Shown piece by piece: positions 49,301 through 57,752 of a stretch of DNA of 64,000 bases (positions within the stretch are counted from its first letter, which is position 1; each line of letters starts with the position of its first letter). Under the pieces are notes generated by a model. It saw nothing but the letters and a program-made list of their open reading frames with translations, ran no database searches and was not told where the DNA came from. A program made the position numbers and the translations under genes. Source of the stretch: Sedimentisphaerales bacterium (GTDB taxonomy: Bacteria > Planctomycetota > Phycisphaerae > Sedimentisphaerales > SM23-30); assembly GCA_963666285.1 (NCBI GenBank), contig OY762711.1. The stretch is one strand, 5' to 3'.

Positions 49301-49566
49301 TTCCAGTCGTAGATTTCATCGTCTATGAGGAAAATATATTCAATCATTTCAGTTGTGTCAGACCAGTTTATGATATGGCCGTTGAAGTTTACCAGATCGC
49401 CAGTTTCAGGCATGTTTTTGGCAGCGTCATAGTCGTATCGCGGCGTACGCTCGATATAGGCAGCGTCGAAATCTATTGCAAAGGCCGAGGGAATTGTAAT
49501 AAACGTTGGTAAAAGTAAGGCCGCAGTAAAAGAAAATAACCGTATATAAGGATATGTAATTCTCAT
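46354..49566 (-). CDS. Secreted multidomain protein: CARDB-like, HExxH metallopeptidase-like, FN3, dockerin-like and PQQ-type beta-propeller
   Basis: Signal peptide, 'E.SEDNN', 'HELGHARYLID', FN3 ('PPTDPTNL...LSWT.STDD.GV.GY.VYR'), 'ADLNSD.TVD..DL.ILA.NWL...GDISGDGIVNILD', and propeller repeats ('LYAVN..DG.VKW.Y'). Confidence 0.82.
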   Translation of the reverse strand: MRITYPYIRLFSFTAALLLPTFITIPSAFAIDFDAAYIERTPRYDYDAAKNMPETGDLVNFNGHIINWSDTTEMIEYIFLIDDEIYDWNAIELPPNEEGIVTIEWEWQDGPHNVELVLDPEEYVSEDSEDNNYLADRTNAIIAGFWVEQSVYDYFHFYQYELGIGSNSWPDWIQRQMAKQNELYETAIWPNSPDGVLDRVRIDKIVIVPDGTLPLNGGLPTNNPDSSDKTVDLMWGFTASGLESDFYSNHSSTSEDNPFYIEKSLIHELGHARYLIDSYGFDVHNTSSHHSVQIWEGDTYVGGSSYMPFLAWGEVLYYNKSGGVMSGPYDFAWSPYEAGALNLIAGQRATCGNANAPCNIGVFLQDLPDNNHVRFIDTAGVPWVGADVKIYQAAAGPGWYGKTIDNTPDQQYFTDSDGYVHLPRNPFNPGGDIIHTYGHANSVFVFRIEYAGQIWYRIMEVSDYNMQYWQGNTADAYYSIELDGTNIPDSEPPTDPTNLTATEITFESVSLSWTTSTDDIGVKGYYVYRNDIEIGTTSTNSYVDTTVSPCNSYTYTVRAYDSANSSGLSNQCPVNIPAAPQTADLNSDLTVDIYDLVILASNWLGSYCGIQGDISGDGIVNILDLAYISQDYGIETIIDNWQMKQKDMFNTGRAYFSIPSSKLNNTFFDNIIWQKPSPDSPSNGNFSATSMSFFTAIGPDGEDVVTGSYHWPKGIQGMDRHTGKLLWQGNTSGGESIALMTAAFSNDGKAVYITSDATDGELMAFETAVGPSIFRDTAADTSSMLNMNSPTISPDGRIWLHSWNETSYAGIDSGNAITQSWAAASTVYACYNDPSLYDDNGTLLVISGGRTNLIKCWNGDTGDQIWAAASINSDANATIDPENGNIYMPAGESSIYLVGLTKDGQPLWDDTCTLVFQYTSGMNNPQRAQSTGCLSHDGSTFYFQTNSSQGDGTLYAVNTSDGTVKWSYPTASLGWEIHSSCPIVTINNVIIVGNNQNDTYFAIRDTAAGPILLDTIQVDSDGLAQASATLSADGKLYLPLRIEWTASNGDSDNPTGNIENLFTAFDLTGD

Positions 49567-49802
49567 AACGTCCGCTCCTAAAATAAATTAGATAAAAAGC
49601 ATTAAAATCGCTTCAAAACCCACTAAGTTATTATTATATCAATTTGACTTTATGGATTAAAACAAAAATAGTCAAGCGAGTAAAATTAGTTTTCGATTTA
49701 ATTACTATTGACATTCGCAGATAATTTTGAATAGTAAGTATTTGTATAAGTTTACTATTTATAAGGAATAATGTTTTTTTCTATATGCTACAGGAGGAAA
49801 AG

Positions 49803-50354
49803 ATGTCTGAACGTCGATTTAGCGGAAACTTTGACCGTTTACGTGACCCTTCGTCGGTAAAGATGATGGCGATGGATGATATAATAGCCGCGGTAATGGA
49901 AGGTACTGAGCTGGAGAGTATGCTTGATGTTGGAACGGGAACAGCGGTATTTGCCGAGCATTTTCAGAAGGCCGGTGTGGGGACAGTTGCCGGTGTGGAT
50001 GTTAATCCTGAGATGCTGGAAGCCGCGAAAGGTTATCTTCCTGAATCAGAATTCAAGGTCGGCCCGGCAGAAGCTCTGCCCTGGGAAGATTGCTCATTTG
50101 ACCTGGTATTTATGGGTTTTGTCTTTCATGAGGTAGATGATTATGTCAAGACTTTGCAGGAAGCAGCGAGGGTAGGTAAAAAGCTGGTAGCTGTATTGGA
50201 GTTTCCCAAGATTGAGCAGCCGTTTGGCCCACCGCTGGATCACAGGCTGGATGCACAACAAGTAGTAGATTTTGGAATGCAGGCAGGGCTTGGCGAGGCG
50301 AAGATTGTGGAGCTAGAGCACCTGGTAGTATATTTGTGGGAAAAGTTGAGATAA
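49803..50354 (+). CDS. Class I SAM-dependent methyltransferase
   Basis: ATG follows AGGAGG. 'MLDVGTGT', 'GVD...EML', 'AEALP..D.SFDLV'. Confidence 0.9.
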   Translation: MSERRFSGNFDRLRDPSSVKMMAMDDIIAAVMEGTELESMLDVGTGTAVFAEHFQKAGVGTVAGVDVNPEMLEAAKGYLPESEFKVGPAEALPWEDCSFDLVFMGFVFHEVDDYVKTLQEAARVGKKLVAVLEFPKIEQPFGPPLDHRLDAQQVVDFGMQAGLGEAKIVELEHLVVYLWEKLR

Positions 50355-50395
50355 TGTTTTGTATAGAATCTTGAAGCAGAGCGAAGTGTAAAAAT

Positions 50396-50929
50396 ATGAC
50401 TAATTTAGTGCAAAGAGCAGCGGATTATGCCAGGCAGGCTCATAATAGAATTGATCAGCGACGAAAATATAATGGTTTACCGTATATTATCCACCCTGAA
50501 AGTGTGGCAAAACTAGTGTCGTCAGTGACAGATGATCCGGTAACAATTTCTGCTGCATGGCTTCATGATGTGGTGGAAGATACACCTGTAGTTATAGGAC
50601 AGATAGAGGAAGAGTTTGGTCGTGATGTTGCTACTCTGGTAAGTGATCTAACAGATATAGCGAAGCCAGAAGATGGTAATCGAAAGGTTAGAAAGCAAAT
50701 CAATAGAGCCCATACAGCCCAAGCGGACCCCAGGGCCAAAACAGTAAAGCTTGCCGATATTATTTATAATATCATGGATGTTAGTGTAAATGATCCGAAA
50801 TTTGCGAAAACGTTTATTAAAGAGAAAATATTGCTATTGAAAGTCCTGAAAGAAGGTGATGCAATTTTATATAAAAGGGCATGTGATATTATTGAAACCG
50901 CAAAGATAATTGTGTTTTCAGAAGGATGA
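50396..50929 (+). CDS. HD-domain protein, Mesh1/SpoT-type small alarmone hydrolase-like
   Basis: 'AH..Q.RK..G.PYI.HP..VA', 'AAWLHDVVEDT', 'VKLAD..YN'. Confidence 0.88.
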   Translation: MTNLVQRAADYARQAHNRIDQRRKYNGLPYIIHPESVAKLVSSVTDDPVTISAAWLHDVVEDTPVVIGQIEEEFGRDVATLVSDLTDIAKPEDGNRKVRKQINRAHTAQADPRAKTVKLADIIYNIMDVSVNDPKFAKTFIKEKILLLKVLKEGDAILYKRACDIIETAKIIVFSEG

Positions 50930-50963
50930 ATGTTGAGTGAGATATGGAGTATATAAAATAAAG

Positions 50964-51000
50964 AAAGAGAGCCTTCGAAGATGTTTCAAAGGCTCTTTTT
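50964..51000. terminator. Bidirectional terminator between the convergent HD and GH78 genes
   Basis: AAAGAGAGCCTT...AAGGCTCTTTTT. Confidence 0.7.
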
Positions 51001-51004
51001 CGTA

Positions 51005-54000
51005 TTATTTAATGCCGTTGAAAGTGTATTTTCCTGAACCAATGGTAAAAATAGCCTGGCTGTTTTTGATCGTGCGTTTTTTGAAATCTTTGCTGCATGA
51101 TATTGATTCAGGGTTACTTGAATCCAGAATGACAATTGCTTCTGTATTGGCAGGTATTTCTAATTGGCAGGTGTAGTTTGAATCGTCAAATTTCCAGTTG
51201 GATTGGATTTGACCGTAAGGTGACAGGTACGAAGTCGCTACCCAATCGATTCCCTTGGTAAATGCAGGTTTGATAATTGTGCGTTTGAAGCCTGGTTGGG
51301 TGGGGTCTGCGTTAATTCCGCCGAGACAGCTAAAGAACCATGCACTAATATCACCGAACATTATGTGGTTCATGGACCCTGGATTGAGCGACCAGTTTTC
51401 GTAAAGAGAAGTGGCTCCGTTTTCTATCCAGTAGCCGTAGCTGGGCATTGTTTTCTGGTTGAGCGTTGTGAAGGCTAGTTCGTTCCGGCCCATGTCGCAG
51501 AGTACTCTGAATATACATTTGGCACCGAGAATACCGACATCGTGATGATTATCAGCAGCCTGTATAGCTTCTACCAGCTTGTTTTGAACAGCTTCCCGTT
51601 GAGATTCTTCTACCAGATCATAGAACAGACTCATTGCAAGACAAGTTTGTTGACCGTCTACGTATATGCCATTACCCTTGTAAAACTTGTTATTGTAGGC
51701 TTTTTTGACGTTTGCTGACAGATTATTGAAATAGTCAACATCCTGTGATTTGCCTAGAATTTCTGCGAATTTTTTCATTATGACTGTGTCGTAATAGAAA
51801 TATGCTGTCGCAGTGAGCTGGTTGGGTGACTGTGCCCCGAAATCATTGCACCAGTCACCAAGGCCAAATGTGACGATGTAGGAAGAACCTATCCTCCTGG
51901 CAACATTTTCCATATATTTTTTCATATTTTCGTAGTTGTCTTCGATCACCTGAGTGTCATTGTGGTATTTGTACAGGTACCATGCAATGATAATGTATGC
52001 ACTATCCCATTCGGTGAGATCTCTTGCACCCCAGCCGGGCGAAGGGATAATGCAGCTGTATCGGCCGTCTTTGTCCTGGTCGTCTTTGAAATCTCTTAGC
52101 CATTTTTCGTAGGCAGGTACATTTTCATAATTGAACATAGCAAGTTCTGCGGCAAGGTGAGCATCAGCGGTCCAGCCGTTCTTTTCGCGATGCGGGCAGT
52201 CTGTTGGCAGGCCAACAAAGTTGCTTTTGTAGCTTCGGTCAGTAATTTCCTGAATAGTATTAAATAGTTCATTAGAACATTGGAAAGTTCCAATATTTTT
52301 GAAGTTGGTATATACAAATTGTGCCCTGATTGTGTCAGGTTTTGGTTTTTCTTTCAGGCCTGTTACTTCAATGTATCGAAAGCCATGATAGACGAAGCGT
52401 GGATTCCACTGTTCTGTACCTTTGCCTTTAAGGTAGTATGTATCTGTTTGGAATGGGCCGGAGTAGGTAAGTCCGCTGATGTTTTTGGTGTCCAGCATGC
52501 CATCTTTTAGTTTTTCTCCATATCTCATGGTGATCTTTTGGCCAGGTTCACCTGAGATTTTTAATTTGGCCCATCCTGATATGTTTACGCCGATATCGAT
52601 AATATATACTCCTTTTTGAGGCTCTGTTATCGCCACAGGAGCAATTGTCTCATGGACGATAGCTCCCGGCATAATTTCCGGTTTTAGAGTTCCTTTGGGG
52701 GCATCAGCAATTATGGCAAAATCCCATATAGAATAATCAAAGTCCGGCTTATCCCAACCAGGCTGTTCGAGACGGGCATCATAGACTTCCCCGTTTCTAA
52801 TTGCATCTGCGACAAGAGGTCCGTTTGAACCTGTCCAGGTGTCATTAGTGCAAATTGTATCTGTTGTGCCATCAGTATATTTAATGACTATATCCATCAG
52901 GGCCTTAGGCTTATCTCGCCATGGTGCAGAGTTATAATTCCAAGCTCCTTTTGTGTGGGAGTTGTACCAGCCGTTTGAGAGCATTATGCCGACTGCATTA
53001 TTACCTTTTTGAAGCATGTTTGTGATGTCATATGTCGAGTATAATACTGTTTTGTCGTAATTGGTAAATATTGGGTCGAGGACTTTGTTGCCGACTTTTT
53101 GGCCGTTAATCCTCAGTTCGTAAAAACCTAAGCCAGAGATGATTGAATAAGCTTTTTCTATTTTTTTGTTTATGCTGAACTCTTTTCTCAGCAGCGGGCT
53201 TGGAGTGTCCTGGGTGCTGAATTGATTCTGACCATTTATAGGGATCACGTTCCAGGGAGCGTCACCAAATTTGGCGATTTCTTTAGCAGATTCTGATTGG
53301 TTATTCGCTTTTTTTACCTGCCAGGTACTGTCTGAAACAATTTCATCTACTTTACCATCGTATTTCCAGTTTATTTTGCAGATAAGCCCGCAGGGGCCTT
53401 TTGTGGTGTTTTGTACTTCAATTTCAAATAAGTTATTACCGTTCGTGAGGTAGTTTTGTATGTCAATTTTTTTTGCATTTTGCCAGGATACGCTCGAGCC
53501 AACAAAAGTACCATTAATACTCAATTTAAAAATGTCGTCAGCCGATATTGCAGCCTGTACATATCCAAGTTTACTCGTGTTGTTAAAATTGATGTTCCTG
53601 GTAAATACTAATGTTTCAGGGGGGTAGTCATACAAATCGCCACTGATATTTCGCCAAATCCATTTAGCATTATCAAGGTTTATCGAGTAGTTGTTGTTTT
53701 TGTAGACTTCATGGTCTATAGGTTTGGAATATGTTACCCATTTTCCTTTAAAACTATCTGGAGAGATTAATCCTGTGGTCCAGGAACTGATAGGACTCCA
53801 TTTTGTGACTTTTCCATTTTTGTCCCAAATACGTACTTTCCAATAGTATTCGGTCAAGCTCTCAAAGGTGGTGCCACCATATTTGACATTGATAGATTGG
53901 TCTGATTCATTTTTTTCGCTGTTCCAGCAGTCGGCCTTTTTTTCTGATAATAATTTGGGGTTGCTTGCCACTAAAACCTGATATGCGGATTGCAGTTGGT

Positions 54001-54160
54001 TATCCTGGTCTGATTCAATTACCCAACTTAATCTTGGGTTTGTAAGATTGATGCCAACCGGGTGAGACTGATATTCACATTTTAGTCCTGAAACCGTGGT
54101 GTTAGCCAGACATATCGTGGCAATATTAAATATTATGAGAAACTGTAATGCCTTTTTCAT
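51005..54160 (-). CDS. Alpha-L-rhamnosidase, GH78
   Basis: Signal peptide from ATG at 54160. 'PRLSW...Q.AYQVLVAS', 'PLLRKEF', 'GEVYDAR', 'F.YHGFRY', 'PTDCPHREKNGWTAD', 'GLGDW', 'GAT.L.E.W...SMNH.MFG'. Confidence 0.93.
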   Translation of the reverse strand: MKKALQFLIIFNIATICLANTTVSGLKCEYQSHPVGINLTNPRLSWVIESDQDNQLQSAYQVLVASNPKLLSEKKADCWNSEKNESDQSINVKYGGTTFESLTEYYWKVRIWDKNGKVTKWSPISSWTTGLISPDSFKGKWVTYSKPIDHEVYKNNNYSINLDNAKWIWRNISGDLYDYPPETLVFTRNINFNNTSKLGYVQAAISADDIFKLSINGTFVGSSVSWQNAKKIDIQNYLTNGNNLFEIEVQNTTKGPCGLICKINWKYDGKVDEIVSDSTWQVKKANNQSESAKEIAKFGDAPWNVIPINGQNQFSTQDTPSPLLRKEFSINKKIEKAYSIISGLGFYELRINGQKVGNKVLDPIFTNYDKTVLYSTYDITNMLQKGNNAVGIMLSNGWYNSHTKGAWNYNSAPWRDKPKALMDIVIKYTDGTTDTICTNDTWTGSNGPLVADAIRNGEVYDARLEQPGWDKPDFDYSIWDFAIIADAPKGTLKPEIMPGAIVHETIAPVAITEPQKGVYIIDIGVNISGWAKLKISGEPGQKITMRYGEKLKDGMLDTKNISGLTYSGPFQTDTYYLKGKGTEQWNPRFVYHGFRYIEVTGLKEKPKPDTIRAQFVYTNFKNIGTFQCSNELFNTIQEITDRSYKSNFVGLPTDCPHREKNGWTADAHLAAELAMFNYENVPAYEKWLRDFKDDQDKDGRYSCIIPSPGWGARDLTEWDSAYIIIAWYLYKYHNDTQVIEDNYENMKKYMENVARRIGSSYIVTFGLGDWCNDFGAQSPNQLTATAYFYYDTVIMKKFAEILGKSQDVDYFNNLSANVKKAYNNKFYKGNGIYVDGQQTCLAMSLFYDLVEESQREAVQNKLVEAIQAADNHHDVGILGAKCIFRVLCDMGRNELAFTTLNQKTMPSYGYWIENGATSLYENWSLNPGSMNHIMFGDISAWFFSCLGGINADPTQPGFKRTIIKPAFTKGIDWVATSYLSPYGQIQSNWKFDDSNYTCQLEIPANTEAIVILDSSNPESISCSKDFKKRTIKNSQAIFTIGSGKYTFNGIK

Positions 54161-54670
54161 AATTGCTCCTGTGGTGTAAGAATTAAGGTAACCCAAAACA
54201 TTTCCAGAAGTCACCTTAAGTATTGTGTTTTAAGGTATTATCGATAAACTCTAGCAGTTTATATTGCGTCTTACTTATGTAATAAGTCAACTATTGGGTA
54301 TATCAACCCCTAAAATAATAAAATGTCATAAATATTGGATAAATATATGCACAATATGTTAGAAAGTTTGTTTGCAAAGTTAAGGGTAAAAAAAGTAAAT
54401 TCTTTTATTATTTCATAGAATCATTAAAATATTATTGGTACGTTTTCGTACTTTTGTCTGTTCAACGTTATCCGCAAAGGTCAGAACAGGGCCTTGTGAA
54501 TGCAAATTGGATTTTTTTATCATTTTCGAGGCTAAATCTCGAAAGTATATTTAATTCAAACTGCAACAAGAAGGCCCTTTTAGGCGTTTATTGCAACTTG
54601 AAAAGTGCGAAAGTAAACTTTTGATAAATAATGATTAATGAATGTTAAAGCTTAATTCAGGTATATATCA

Positions 54671-56164
54671 ATGTTTGGAACATTTGGATTATTAAATTCT
54701 GTAGTGCTGCTGGTTTACCTGGCGGGTATGGTAGGTATAGGTTTGATATTTTCGCGCAGACAGACCAGTACAGAGGAGTTTTTCCTGGCCGGTCGTCGCA
54801 TGCCGTGGCTGGTAGTGGGAATGAGCATGTTTGCCTCACTGACCAGTGCTTCGACATATCTTGGAGTGCCGGGGATGGCATATGGCGAAAATACGGCGGT
54901 ATTTTTTGGTGTGCTGATAAGCCCGATAGTTGCACCGCTGCTGATATTTACTTTCTACCCGGTCTATCGCAGACTGAATGTAACAACATGTTATGAGTTT
55001 ATCGAGGTTCGATACGGCCGGTTGGCCAGGCTGACAGTTTCAGGTTTGTTTGTGCTGGCCAGGCTGTCATGGCTGGGAGTTGTAATCTATGGCCCGGCAT
55101 TGGCGATGAATGTTGCTACAGGAATGAGTTTATCTTTGGCAATATTACTTATGGGGGTATTGGCGACATTGTATACGGTGCTGGGCGGGCTGGCTGCGGT
55201 ATTGTGGACAGATGCGGTCCAGTTTGTTATTTTAGTAGTAGGGGCGATCTGGGTGGCTATTTGCCTGGCAGGTGAGGTTCCGGGCGGTGTCAACGGGATA
55301 ATCAAGGTTGGCGAGCAGCAGGGTCATCTGACACATTTTACCGGTGAGGTAAGTTTGTTCAAGTTTACTGCGATAGCAGCGATGGTGTCGTGGTTTTTTG
55401 TCTTTATGCATGACTATGGCGCAGACCAGGTGACGGTGCAGCGGCTGATGGCGACAAAGGACCTGAAGTCAACGGCGCGTGCGGTATTGTTTAACTCATT
55501 CAGTGATATTGGCATTAACGGGCTGCTGCTGTTTATCGGATTGGGGTTGTTTGCCTTTTACCAGGTGAATGAGCTGCCAGAGGGGATAAGCGGAGATAGG
55601 GTAATGCCGTATTATATAATGCATACGCTGCCGGATGGCGTGTCGGGGCTGCTGCTGACCGCGATCTTTGCCGCGGCGATGTCTAGTATGGATTCCGGTA
55701 TTAATTCTATCAGTACCGTGGTCGTGAGCGATTTTGTAAAACCGTTGCGAAAGGTTGCAGCTGCCGAATCGAAAGATATAATGCTGGCAAGGGTGCTGAC
55801 CATTGTTTTGGGGGTACTAGCGACGGGTGCTGCGTTTTATGCTTCTACTATCGATTCGATTGTAGAGGCGTGGAGTTCGTTTATGTCTCTTTTTGCCGGA
55901 CCGATACTGGCGATATTTCTGCTGGGGCTGCTTTGGAAGCGGGCAAGCTTTGGCGGTTGGCTGGTTGGTTGTGTAGTGTCTATTACGCTTGGTTTTATAA
56001 TTCAAAGTGAAGATTTATATGCCAAAATATTTGACTGTCCGTCGGTACATTGGTCATGGTATATGCCTATCTCATTTTTGAGTTGTTTTGTGATAGGAGG
56101 GATTAGCAGTTTAATCTTTCCTGTCAAAAGAAGGAATAATAACGAAATCAGGCAGAAAATCTGA
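54671..56164 (+). CDS. Sodium:solute symporter (SSS family)
   Basis: 'EFFLAGR.MPW', 'YT.LGGL.AVLWTDA.Q', 'DQ.TVQR', 'AAAMSS.DS.INS'. Confidence 0.93.
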   Translation: MFGTFGLLNSVVLLVYLAGMVGIGLIFSRRQTSTEEFFLAGRRMPWLVVGMSMFASLTSASTYLGVPGMAYGENTAVFFGVLISPIVAPLLIFTFYPVYRRLNVTTCYEFIEVRYGRLARLTVSGLFVLARLSWLGVVIYGPALAMNVATGMSLSLAILLMGVLATLYTVLGGLAAVLWTDAVQFVILVVGAIWVAICLAGEVPGGVNGIIKVGEQQGHLTHFTGEVSLFKFTAIAAMVSWFFVFMHDYGADQVTVQRLMATKDLKSTARAVLFNSFSDIGINGLLLFIGLGLFAFYQVNELPEGISGDRVMPYYIMHTLPDGVSGLLLTAIFAAAMSSMDSGINSISTVVVSDFVKPLRKVAAAESKDIMLARVLTIVLGVLATGAAFYASTIDSIVEAWSSFMSLFAGPILAIFLLGLLWKRASFGGWLVGCVVSITLGFIIQSEDLYAKIFDCPSVHWSWYMPISFLSCFVIGGISSLIFPVKRRNNNEIRQKI

Positions 56165-56207
56165 TATTTATTATAAGAAATGTAATATGACAATTGAAAG
56201 GATTATC

Positions 56208-57674
56208 ATGTTAGATATACACCTGATAAAAATAAGAGTTGTGAGTCTTTTTGTATTTTTTGCGTTATGTTTTTCATTATCGGCAGCAGAAAATAAAAAA
56301 AAGCCTAATTTTCTGTTTATCCTTGCTGACGATTTCGGCTGGACCGACGCGGCTTGTTTTGGCAGTAAGTTTTATGAAACTCCGTCGCTGGATAAACTGG
56401 CGGCAGAGGGTATGAAATTTACCAATGCTTATGCGGCTTGTCCGGTATGTTCTCCGACCAGGGCAAGTATTCTGACGGGTAAATATCCTGCCAGGCTGGA
56501 TACTACTGATTGGTTTGGAGCGCCGCAGCCATCGACAGCAAAAAATCACTGGACTAAAAATAAGCCGTTGCTGCCGGCAGTATATAAAGAATATTTGCCG
56601 CATGAGGAAGTTACTCTGGCCGAGGCATTCAAGGCGGGAGGGTATGCCACCTTTTTTGCCGGTAAATGGCATTTGGGTCATAGTGAAGAATATTGGCCGG
56701 AGAATCATGGTTTTGATATTAATAAAGGCGGTTGGGCGAGCGGCAGTCCAAGTGGAAAGGGCAAGTATTTCCCACCGTATGGGAATCCCAGGTTGACAGA
56801 TGGGCCAAAAGGCGAGCATTTACCGGACAGGCTGGCGACTGAGACAATAAATTTTATGAAGAGTAAGAAGGATAGCCCATTTTTGGCGTATCTGTCTTTC
56901 TATTCGGTTCATAATCCGCAGGTAGGGCGTGAAGATTTGATCGCAAAATATAAGGCGAAGAAAAAAGAGATGGGTTTAGAAGTAAAATGGGGCCAAGAAG
57001 GTGATCGGAAGGTACGCCTGGTGCAGGAGCATGCCGTTTATGCGGCTATGGTGGAGGGGATGGATATGGCTATAGGCAAGGTTCTTAACGCACTTGAGGA
57101 TATGGGGCTGGCAGATAATACAGTCGTATTTTTTATGAGCGATAATGGCGGACTGAGTACTTCAGAGGGACAGCCGACTAGTAATTTGCCGTTGCGCTGT
57201 GGTAAAGGCTGGCTGTATGAGGGCGGTATTCGCGAGCCAATGATTGTGAAATGGCCGGGAGTTACCAGGGCTGGGGCCGTTACAGATTCGGTTGTAACCA
57301 GTACCGATTTTTACCCTACAATGCTGGAGATAGCCGGGTTGAGAGAGGTAGCCGGTCAAAATTACGACGGTAAGAGTTTTGTTCCTGTTTTGAGAGGTGA
57401 GAATGTGTCCCGTGGAGCTGTATTCTGGCATTATCCGCATTATGGCAATCAGGGCGGATCGCCGGGCAGTGCGATACGAGATGGAAAATGGAAGCTGATC
57501 CGATTTTATGAGGATATGCATGTAGAACTATATGATCTGGATGATGATATTGGCGAGACAAATAATCTGGCGGAAGAGCGACCGGAAATTGTCAGGGAGT
57601 TGAATAGCAAGCTTGATAAATGGCTGGATGAGGTTGATGCCAAGTATCCGAGCTCTAATCCAAATAAAAAGTAA
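56208..57674 (+). CDS. Sulfatase (S1, Cys-type)
   Basis: 'PNFLFILADD.G', signature CSPTRASILTGKY, 'GKWHLG', 'SDNGG'. Start uncertain (56187 or 56208). Confidence 0.95.
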   Translation: MLDIHLIKIRVVSLFVFFALCFSLSAAENKKKPNFLFILADDFGWTDAACFGSKFYETPSLDKLAAEGMKFTNAYAACPVCSPTRASILTGKYPARLDTTDWFGAPQPSTAKNHWTKNKPLLPAVYKEYLPHEEVTLAEAFKAGGYATFFAGKWHLGHSEEYWPENHGFDINKGGWASGSPSGKGKYFPPYGNPRLTDGPKGEHLPDRLATETINFMKSKKDSPFLAYLSFYSVHNPQVGREDLIAKYKAKKKEMGLEVKWGQEGDRKVRLVQEHAVYAAMVEGMDMAIGKVLNALEDMGLADNTVVFFMSDNGGLSTSEGQPTSNLPLRCGKGWLYEGGIREPMIVKWPGVTRAGAVTDSVVTSTDFYPTMLEIAGLREVAGQNYDGKSFVPVLRGENVSRGAVFWHYPHYGNQGGSPGSAIRDGKWKLIRFYEDMHVELYDLDDDIGETNNLAEERPEIVRELNSKLDKWLDEVDAKYPSSNPNKK

Positions 57675-57752
57675 TCGTTATCCGGTAAAACTCTGTAATA
57701 CAATCTTGAAATTATTTGCAAAAAGACGTTTAAGTCATTATTCTTAAATGTC

